Origin: a virus
Taxonomy: Duplodnaviria; Caudoviricetes
Strand: one strand, 5' to 3'
IMG/VR virus record: IMGVR_UViG_3300040811_001901
Span: 1 to 53,249 of that record
Length of the DNA stretch: 53,249 bases
The notes below the pieces were generated by a model. The model saw only the letters and a program-made list of their open reading frames with translations, had not been told where the DNA came from and made no database searches. The position numbers were made by a program, and so were the translations under genes. Numbering within the stretch: position 1 is the first letter of the stretch; every line of letters starts with the position of its first letter. Shown one piece after another: positions 46,273-53,249 of the stretch.

Positions 46273-48192
46273 AGTTCTTTGATATGTTGCATGAAAATCC
46301 AGTCTAGCTCCACTAACATCTGAATATCTTATTGCCTGATCCCCATGTCTATAAAAAAGTACATTTGCTCCAGCGTTTTCAATTACAGATACAAGTGTGT
46401 CACCCATACTATCATTCATGTTAGTATAGCCATGTCCTCCATGGCCCGCATAAAAGCCATTAACATTTGAGGTAAACGGAATATTTAAAGCAACATTAGC
46501 AGTATTTGTTGTAGTTGGAAACACTATAGATGCACTGATATAAACGAGAGATCCTATTTTAATATAATAACTTCTATTCGTAGCCACAGTCAGACCCTGT
46601 CCGCTCGCATCAGCAGCACTCCAAGTCCCTTCTTCGTAATCGTCTAACGCATTAGCGGCGGCTGTGTCGCCATTGAACTTCATCCCGTCTGCGTCAATTC
46701 GTGCTGCCTCACTGCTTCCCGTTACAAATTGGTGCGCTTTGTTGCTTGGAACCGTATATGTAATCGGATAGCCTGAATATAAGTGTAATCCTGTTGTGGC
46801 TCGAGTGTCATAAGGCAAGGTCAGGGAACCGAAAACAGTGGCATCAGTATTGAACATCCATTGTATGCCGCCGTCTGTGCCAGTAGCACCTGACTTCAAT
46901 CTATAATATGCTGTAGTTGAGTCGCCTAAAACTAAATGCCCCGAAGTGTTAAATCTGCCTACCTCTGAGCGCACGCCGGAGTGGTATTTTTGAATGACTA
47001 GTGGTGAAGCAGTGCCTGGTGTTGTATCTGTGTCACCGTATAAGATGATTGACTTAGATACACCATTACCTGACGACAATAATTCTAAAATTGCGCTTCT
47101 ATCATTAACAGAGTCAATAGCTCTTACAGATAGAGTTGTATTACCGCTAGAATTTAATTGTAACGTTTTACTTGAAGAGATTACTGGTGATACTGAAGAT
47201 ACACCAATACTAACGTTGCCGCTGTCGTCGATACGCATACGTTCCGTTGAGGTATTTCCTGTAAAGAATTTTATAGATCGACCACCAACTCCTGGCCTAC
47301 ACTGAAGCACAAGGTCTCCAGAGCTAAAGTCAGTGACATTAGCAGCTGCTGAAAAAACACCTCCTAATCCTGCAGTAGGAACACCCGCAGTTAAATCGTA
47401 GCGAGCGACGACAAATCCTTGATTGTCTATTCCAAATGTTATATTAGAATCCGGAGCCCCTGTACCAATATTAACTCCACCATCAGCGATACGCATGCGT
47501 TCTGTTCTATCGGTCGTAAAAATAACATCGTCTGGGCCGTCTGCGGCTACGTATAAATCGTAACCTGAAGTAGAAACGATTTGCGGCATTCCAGTTGCAG
47601 CACCGGGATTTGTTCTTGTACTACCTGCGCCTCGTATTATTAATTGATTGGCAGAGTCGTTTTTAATTACAAGACCGGTCCCTGTGCTTGCGTCAGGTTC
47701 TTCAATTAAAATATTTCCGTCATAGACATGAAGTAGTTCTACAGGATCTATACCAATGCCTAAGTTTTTATTAAATGACCATGCATCATTCGTAGATCCG
47801 TATGTAAGAGCTGCACTAGCACCATCAACTGTAATACCCGCTCCATTTGCCGCCGCAGCATTTGCTGCTCCAGAAGCAAGAGTAATATTTAAATCATCTA
47901 CAGTCATTGTAGTTGAGTTGATAGTTGTAGTAGTGCCATCAACTTGCAGATTGCCTGCAATTACAAGAGTTCCAGTATTGTCTCCTACTGCTGCAGGGTC
48001 GATAGTAAATGTAGAGGGTCCGGCAATATATCCGGTAACAGTAATATTACCAGAGGAATCAATAGTAAGTGCAGTAGTACTGGCGTTATCATCAATACCA
48101 GTAGAGGAAAAATCAGTAAGAGGGTAGTCTAAATCGGCGGAGACAATTGTATCGTCTGGAATGCCGAGACTATTAATAGTAGTACGAGCCAT
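46270..48192 (-). CDS. tail fibre paralogue with LDDYEEGTW tip domain
   Basis: Shares its N-terminus with the 12670-14373 product and a shaft segment with the 8565-10700 product. Confidence 0.8.
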   Translation of the reverse strand: MARTTINSLGIPDDTIVSADLDYPLTDFSSTGIDDNASTTALTIDSSGNITVTGYIAGPSTFTIDPAAVGDNTGTLVIAGNLQVDGTTTTINSTTMTVDDLNITLASGAANAAAANGAGITVDGASAALTYGSTNDAWSFNKNLGIGIDPVELLHVYDGNILIEEPDASTGTGLVIKNDSANQLIIRGAGSTRTNPGAATGMPQIVSTSGYDLYVAADGPDDVIFTTDRTERMRIADGGVNIGTGAPDSNITFGIDNQGFVVARYDLTAGVPTAGLGGVFSAAANVTDFSSGDLVLQCRPGVGGRSIKFFTGNTSTERMRIDDSGNVSIGVSSVSPVISSSKTLQLNSSGNTTLSVRAIDSVNDRSAILELLSSGNGVSKSIILYGDTDTTPGTASPLVIQKYHSGVRSEVGRFNTSGHLVLGDSTTAYYRLKSGATGTDGGIQWMFNTDATVFGSLTLPYDTRATTGLHLYSGYPITYTVPSNKAHQFVTGSSEAARIDADGMKFNGDTAAANALDDYEEGTWSAADASGQGLTVATNRSYYIKIGSLVYISASIVFPTTTNTANVALNIPFTSNVNGFYAGHGGHGYTNMNDSMGDTLVSVIENAGANVLFYRHGDQAIRYSDVSGARLDFHATYQRT

Positions 48193-48413
48193 TAGATTTT
48201 ATCCAATAGAGCTACGCCCATAGTGACAACTAGCCCGCTTAGAAAGATAATTACGCCACCAGCAACTTTCATCAGTTTGCCTTCGATTCTTTCTAAAGTT
48301 TCGTCTATTTCTTCAAGCCGATTGAAGGTAGTTTTCCATCGTTCTTCGCATTGTGCATCATGTGTTGACATGAAGACTTCAAGCTTATGAACTTTCTCGT
48401 CAAGATTCTCCAT
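48192..48413 (-). CDS. small coiled-coil protein with C-terminal TM helix
   Basis: H.AQCEERW coiled coil followed by VAGGVIIFLSGLVVTMGVALL. Confidence 0.65.
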   Translation of the reverse strand: MENLDEKVHKLEVFMSTHDAQCEERWKTTFNRLEEIDETLERIEGKLMKVAGGVIIFLSGLVVTMGVALLDKI

Positions 48414-48861
48414 TTATTAATTTATCCATCAACTTTCCATAGTTGCCTTGGCCAAATGGAGTACTACCGTCGTTAATCTGAACATTTGTTTGATTACGAA
48501 TATTTGTAGTGGCTTTTTCAGCATCCGCCTGGGCCTTGATCTCATCCATTCTCATTCTATGAGCCATTTGAAGAAGATCGGCTAAGTCTTTATTAGAATA
48601 CATGCCAGTATCCTGTGCTTCTTCAAGTTTGGATTGTATCATCTCATCTAAGGCGGATGCAATATTATTCTTATTGCGAAAGCCCATGTCAAGATAAACT
48701 GTGTCAATATACTTTTTAACTTCGCGTTTATTTAAAGCTTCTACAACCCTGTTTTCAGGAACCTGGAGATGTTCGCAAACGCCGCGAATATTCCCGAACT
48801 GTAAATACGAATTCGCAATTTCAAGTCCCTCTGGGGAAATTGTAGTTACTTCTTTACTCAT
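48400..48861 (-). CDS. terS: terminase small subunit (T5-like)
   Basis: ISPEGLEIANSYL HTH-like start, YIDTVYLD.G.RN, KDLADLL, QTNVQIN, NYGKLM. Confidence 0.7.
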   Translation of the reverse strand: MSKEVTTISPEGLEIANSYLQFGNIRGVCEHLQVPENRVVEALNKREVKKYIDTVYLDMGFRNKNNIASALDEMIQSKLEEAQDTGMYSNKDLADLLQMAHRMRMDEIKAQADAEKATTNIRNQTNVQINDGSTPFGQGNYGKLMDKLINGES

Positions 48862-48868
48862 AATGTGT

Positions 48869-48897
48869 ATTCTACCTTAAGAGGGTTAAAATGTCAA
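48869..48897 (-). promoter_or_regulatory. sigma70 promoter, probably giving a leaderless terS mRNA
   Basis: TTGACA-17-TAGAAT; only 7 nt to the ATG and no SD sequence. Confidence 0.75.
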
Positions 48898-48907
48898 GAA
48901 TTAATTT

Positions 48908-49426
48908 TCAGCTGGTTATAAAACTCGGAGGCGTTGGCCACGGTATTACATTTTCACTTGAATAATTTTCCGGGGTTGCTGCAATCATATTTGGTAGATT
49001 TCTCAGAGCTTGTCTGTATTCTCTTGCTTCTGCGATTTCAAGTTCGGTAAGGTCAGCATCCGGCATTTGTGTCCAATCACATACCGCTAGTTTATTATCT
49101 CTTAGAAATCTTATATAATTTAACCAAGCTGTTTGATCATACGTCCACTCAGACCCCGTCCAGACCCCTGCTATATTTGGGGGAGGCCCTCGATATTCCC
49201 AAGAAGAGGTGGAAAAATCCCAATAATAATTTTTTAGAAATCCACTTTGCTGAGAATCTTCAGGACCAAATACAGGCCAAACAAAATCAGAGTGAATATG
49301 AATAATATACTCTTCAGAGTTTGTTGGCGAAAGACCCTCTTCTGGATTATTGGGCATAGCCATGTCTAGTTGACTTATGTGACCAGTTGTAGGATGTACA
49401 TAGGCTATATGTGTTATATCAGACAT
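48908..49426 (-). CDS. tail fibre assembly chaperone-like protein
   Basis: IR..RD.KL..CDWTQMPD...YRQALRNLP...WPTPP. Confidence 0.75.
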   Translation of the reverse strand: MSDITHIAYVHPTTGHISQLDMAMPNNPEEGLSPTNSEEYIIHIHSDFVWPVFGPEDSQQSGFLKNYYWDFSTSSWEYRGPPPNIAGVWTGSEWTYDQTAWLNYIRFLRDNKLAVCDWTQMPDADLTELEIAEAREYRQALRNLPNMIAATPENYSSENVIPWPTPPSFITS

Positions 49427-50156
49427 TAAAAGTTTCTCCTTTTAAGATATTAGTAAAATTAATAATTGGTATTGTCCCAATAAAAGGCGCAGTATATAGA
49501 TGCTTATAATATACTCCGTTGTAGGGGCCTTGACTACCTCTATAATAATTATTTGCTACTGACCAACCTTCTAAAGAACTGGAGCCAACACCTCCTGAAA
49601 CAAACCTAGACCAGTTTGTGCTATAATATAAAGATGTACCCCCTAAAAGAGCTTCCTGCTGAGCTCCCGTACCATTCTGAGGATCTGTATAAAGTCCATT
49701 TTGAGTGCCCCAACCTCTGCGAGAGTTATACCCAAAATAGCTGGTAGGCTCAAAGTTAGCATTTCCGAAAGTTCTACTATCTAGTACTAAAACATTGTTT
49801 GAGTTATAAACTTGTAGTCCATAAGTTTGATTTGTGTCAGGAGATAGATTAGCCGAAGTAACTCCGTAAGAATTAATCGCGGGTCTTAGAAGCGCATAAT
49901 CTAAAGAGGCTGCTGTTGTCGATCCTGTAAGTCGAATTTGTACTACTTCATTGTTTGTATTATCTGTTACTGTATGCTTATGGTACTCAACATGACTATT
50001 ATTTGAAGGCGTAGGGAATTTTACAAATAAAAGTTCATCATTGTAAACTGTCCAAGAGCTTGCAGTTCCTATTTGAGCTAATTCATACTTCCATCCTTCG
50101 TCTGAGTCAAACTGAAGTATAGTATTGCTTGTGTCTACCCGTAATCCGTATCCCAT
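49419..50156 (-). CDS. tail-tip associated protein (YGL-motif)
   Basis: MGYGLRV..FDS and YGLQVYN...LDSR motifs. Confidence 0.55.
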   Translation of the reverse strand: MGYGLRVDTSNTILQFDSDEGWKYELAQIGTASSWTVYNDELLFVKFPTPSNNSHVEYHKHTVTDNTNNEVVQIRLTGSTTAASLDYALLRPAINSYGVTSANLSPDTNQTYGLQVYNSNNVLVLDSRTFGNANFEPTSYFGYNSRRGWGTQNGLYTDPQNGTGAQQEALLGGTSLYYSTNWSRFVSGGVGSSSLEGWSVANNYYRGSQGPYNGVYYKHLYTAPFIGTIPIINFTNILKGETFNV

Positions 50157-50160
50157 AATT

Positions 50161-52440
50161 TTATCCTATTCTATGCACTTGATACCTAAAGGTTTGACTA
50201 TATCCTGATGTATTTTCAAAACCTATGCGGCCATTATTTGCGTCTCTTATAGGTTTTATCATCAATTGACCGTCAAAAGGTGCGAGAACTAATATGCTTA
50301 TTTTTGTTTCGTCGGATACTGCGCTTCCCAAGTTCGTCAACGCTGTGGGGTAAGTAGTAACTCCTGACCCAAGTGTTAGTTTACCTCCAGCAATTACATT
50401 AAAAGTTCTATGCCCCGGAGTAAATACTTTTGCTGTTCCATTTAATCCTCGTATTTCTAGCCCGTAGGCTCCGCTACCAGTACTAAGACTTCCTGAACCT
50501 CCACTTGATGACGATCCCTGAGAAGTGTCAGCAATTGTTACACTAGCTGAAGGGCTACCAGTGCTTGCATTATTACTATCTGTAGATGCTAAAGTTAAAG
50601 TTGCTGTTTCTGAGCCTTCTGTTGTAGCATCATTTGAAAAAGTAACTTGTACCGAACCTGTATTATTATTTATAGTAATAGTTCCTGTAAGGTTTCCTGT
50701 AATGTCTCCCGAAGTAATTCCACTAAGAGTATAGCCTACAGTTGTGCCATTTGCAACATTTGAAGTAGTTACCGTAAATGTTGTGCTTTGTCCTTCATTT
50801 ATAGACGTAGGGCTTGCAGAAACGCTGTAATTTGCGGGAGGCGGCTGTCGTGTTATTATAAAAGAATCGCCCGTATTTTGCCAAGTTCCCGAGCCCCCGT
50901 TAGTTGCAGGTATTCTTGCTTGACTAAAATATGTATAGTAATTTCCTGCGGAGGGTAATTCTGATTCACTATAACTAATTGTAAAACCAGCTTCTCCAGG
51001 GTTATAAGTGGAAACCCATCTAGGAATATCATTTGTGTAGAGTCTGTACTGAGTGCCCGAAGTATCTCCGGTAACATTTACAGTAGGATTAGTTGTTGTA
51101 TCATTATGAGTAAGACTAGTTGTACTTGGAGTTAGTGTAATAGAGGTGTCTGGTTGGTCAACTACATAGCTAGAACCTGTATAAGTCATGATTGTGCTGC
51201 TTTGAATTGTAAAGCCTGTGGCACAAGCCCATATATAAACAGTGTCTGCTGTGCTATTCCCCGGTCCTGATATATTGGTTCCACTTGCAGAAGGTCCATA
51301 AAGTGTTCTACTACTGCTAGTATTATACGTTCTTCCCACTAAGCTTCCTAAGCTGCCATAAGTTGCTGTACTTCCTTGAGAAGCTCCTGCAGTATAAAAT
51401 GCAAAATATCTTGTAGTTGATCCACATCCAGTTAAACTATTTGTATAAGTTGTTGTACTTGAATTTAGAAGAACTGGATCTGTTCCTATAGAGATATTTA
51501 ACTCCAATGTAGGAGTTGTCGAGTCTGTAGTTACAGAAGTGGTCCCCTGGGAGCTAATTGCTACTCCATTTACCTGTCGAGCTCTTAAAGTATAAGTTGT
51601 ACCTGCCGATAATCCTGTAAAAGTTTTTGGTGAAGTATACCAATTTGAGTTATTTATACTTACTTGTAAAGTTCCTACGTTTGGGGAGCCCGCAGTTGCA
51701 GTTCCTACAAAACTTGTTTCTCCAATACTGCTTGCAGCAACACTTGGTTGCCCAGGAGTTTTATCAATAGTCACATATACAGGGCCAGCTACAATAGCTC
51801 CTGAAGTACTCCCAATCCTTAAAGTTGCTGCTGCTGCAGAAGTTTGAGCCCCTGAAAAAGAAGAAGATGCAGTAGCACTAAAGGTTCCCGAAGTTCCAGT
51901 TACTGTGCCCGTAGCACCTCCAAAGAAGGTACTATTATAGTAATATGTGCCACTAGTGGAGGCAGTCCAGCTAAACGTTACATTATTGCCACTAGCTACA
52001 GTAGTTGGGGATGCGCTAAGACTATAAGTAGTAGAAGAGCCTCCATCATCCCACTCTACTTTTACATTTCCTGATGTGCCAAAAGGATTGGAATTACTTG
52101 ACCAATTCCAAGATGTTCGATTATTACTACTATCATAACTATAGGTTGCGGCAGTTCTACTAAAAGTAGTGCTTCCGACTGTCATTGTAGCCCAGCCAGA
52201 ATTAGCTCGATTTCCTGTTAATTGAAGTATAACAGACCCGGTACTACCTCCATCTGTAGTAGCCCAATTGCATATATAAACATCTGCTCCACTATATACA
52301 GAATCTAAATTAACATTTGAAGTACCTCCAGAGGTATTGGAAATAGTTCCTATGCTGGTAGCTGTATTAAAGCCATAGTTAGCTAGGCTACCGTATGTAA
52401 AAGCGCCTACAGCAACATATTTTGTTTGAAGAATTGCCAT
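50161..52440 (-). CDS. Ser/Thr-rich virion protein with FN3/Ig/Calx-beta-like domains, candidate receptor-binding protein
   Basis: Start taken at ATG 52440 (TAATG coupling); FTGLSAGTTY.LRAR, SINEGQSTTFTV...D..TEGSET, YGLEI. Confidence 0.6.
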   Translation of the reverse strand: MAILQTKYVAVGAFTYGSLANYGFNTATSIGTISNTSGGTSNVNLDSVYSGADVYICNWATTDGGSTGSVILQLTGNRANSGWATMTVGSTTFSRTAATYSYDSSNNRTSWNWSSNSNPFGTSGNVKVEWDDGGSSTTYSLSASPTTVASGNNVTFSWTASTSGTYYYNSTFFGGATGTVTGTSGTFSATASSSFSGAQTSAAAATLRIGSTSGAIVAGPVYVTIDKTPGQPSVAASSIGETSFVGTATAGSPNVGTLQVSINNSNWYTSPKTFTGLSAGTTYTLRARQVNGVAISSQGTTSVTTDSTTPTLELNISIGTDPVLLNSSTTTYTNSLTGCGSTTRYFAFYTAGASQGSTATYGSLGSLVGRTYNTSSSRTLYGPSASGTNISGPGNSTADTVYIWACATGFTIQSSTIMTYTGSSYVVDQPDTSITLTPSTTSLTHNDTTTNPTVNVTGDTSGTQYRLYTNDIPRWVSTYNPGEAGFTISYSESELPSAGNYYTYFSQARIPATNGGSGTWQNTGDSFIITRQPPPANYSVSASPTSINEGQSTTFTVTTSNVANGTTVGYTLSGITSGDITGNLTGTITINNNTGSVQVTFSNDATTEGSETATLTLASTDSNNASTGSPSASVTIADTSQGSSSSGGSGSLSTGSGAYGLEIRGLNGTAKVFTPGHRTFNVIAGGKLTLGSGVTTYPTALTNLGSAVSDETKISILVLAPFDGQLMIKPIRDANNGRIGFENTSGYSQTFRYQVHRIG

Positions 52441-52979
52441 TATTCTACAGCCACATATGCTTTCATTACTTGAGGAATACTCTCTAAGCCATAGTACACT
52501 CCCCAAAGCCATACATCTGGCTCTACTTCAAGAGGTACAGGAAAAGTAATATTATTAGACTCAGCATATTGTTTTGCTTCTTGAATAGAAGTTGCAAAAT
52601 AATAATCTACTCCTACAAGCTCTCCTAGATTGTTGTGGGTAAGTGTTTTTGCATCATAAGTTCCAATGTAAGAACTATCTTCTGTTTTATATAACCTTTC
52701 TTGAGTTACTAGGTCAATTTTTATACCATAAACTGTTGTTGAGCCTTCTAAAGGTGTAATAGGAGATTCACCTAAAAGATATACACTTAAAGTCTGATTA
52801 TTATAAAGTTTATAGGGAGCTGTAGACCCTGTCCAAAGAACAGGACTATCAAAGGTACGCCCTTCTAATAAATCTGCTGATTGCGAGGCGGACTTATCAA
52901 TACGAACGATTTGATTATTTGAATACACATGGTCTATAAAATGACCACTTGTATATCTTGTCATTGAATCCCAGCCCAT
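52440..52979 (-). CDS. hypothetical protein
   Basis: 179-aa ORF coupled to its neighbours. Confidence 0.6.
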   Translation of the reverse strand: MGWDSMTRYTSGHFIDHVYSNNQIVRIDKSASQSADLLEGRTFDSPVLWTGSTAPYKLYNNQTLSVYLLGESPITPLEGSTTVYGIKIDLVTQERLYKTEDSSYIGTYDAKTLTHNNLGELVGVDYYFATSIQEAKQYAESNNITFPVPLEVEPDVWLWGVYYGLESIPQVMKAYVAVE

Positions 52980-52982
52980 CTT

Positions 52983-53249
52983 TTAGCCCCACTGATTCGC
53001 CATAGCTAAAGCGATGCCCATATAAGTTAATGAACGTTCTTTTGCGCGGTTAGGGGTGTTTGGTGTGTTGTCCCTACCACAATCATATTGATTAGCCCAC
53101 CTCTGATACTTGCGACCAGAAGGAGACTCGATTATTCGTGGTGGAATCTCATCGGTAGGTTCAAGTTTAGCCAAGCCCCTCATCCATAGCCCTGTCTTTT
53201 TGCTAGCATCATCTCCAAACATATAGGGATGAATATATTGGGGCTTGGG
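52983..53249 (-). CDS. C-terminal part of phage DNA cytosine methyltransferase-like protein, truncated by window
   Basis: Frame open to the window end: PKPQYIHPYMFG..SKKTGLW.RGL...RS.TY.GIA.AMANQWG. Confidence 0.6.
   Translation of the reverse strand, partial: PKPQYIHPYMFGDDASKKTGLWMRGLAKLEPTDEIPPRIIESPSGRKYQRWANQYDCGRDNTPNTPNRAKERSLTYMGIALAMANQWG

Noticed and set aside
8565-48192. Diversity-generating retroelement or invertase shufflon acting on fibre tips
   Set aside because: No reverse transcriptase or recombinase in the window, no adenine-specific TR/VR pair seen, and all repeats are in direct orientation
52441-52512. N-terminal extension of the 783-aa ORF (likewise 8522-8545)
   Set aside because: Overlaps the upstream gene or the RBS; downstream ATGs have coupling or SD support
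1-53249. tRNA genes, integrase/att site, genome termini
   Set aside because: Intergenic gaps are short and explained by promoters or terminators; no cloverleaf or recombinase recognised by eye (tRNAscan-SE would be decisive)

Overview
A 53-kb segment of a lytic tailed dsDNA phage (siphovirus) with T5-like (Demerecviridae-type) gene order. A marine/aquatic origin is inferred only from the protein families. Plus strand, 1-4.8 kb: the end of the replication module (D13-like SbcC C-terminus, D14-like resolvase, D15-like flap endonuclease, nrdA-glutaredoxin-nrdB). Minus strand, 4.8-53 kb: the full virion module. It contains TerS, TerL, HNH nuclease, portal, a protease-scaffold-capsid fusion with an internal start, T5-like neck and tail-tube genes, frameshifted tail chaperones, tape measure, a lambda-like M/L/K/I/J tip with a 2797-aa J, and about ten fibre/adhesin genes. 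The most notable signal is conservation at the DNA level inside the fibre genes. About 16 copies of a GC-rich ~50-bp motif (encoding ERMRIDSSGNVGIGTxSP, synonymous sites conserved) separate unrelated in-frame modules. Two distant fibres carry divergent tip domains bracketed by near-identical 27-bp (26/27) and 41-bp (39/41) arms. Together this suggests a candidate homology-arm cassette-shuffling system for host-range diversification. No tRNA, CRISPR array, integrase or reverse transcriptase was seen. All family calls come from motif recognition, not database searches.
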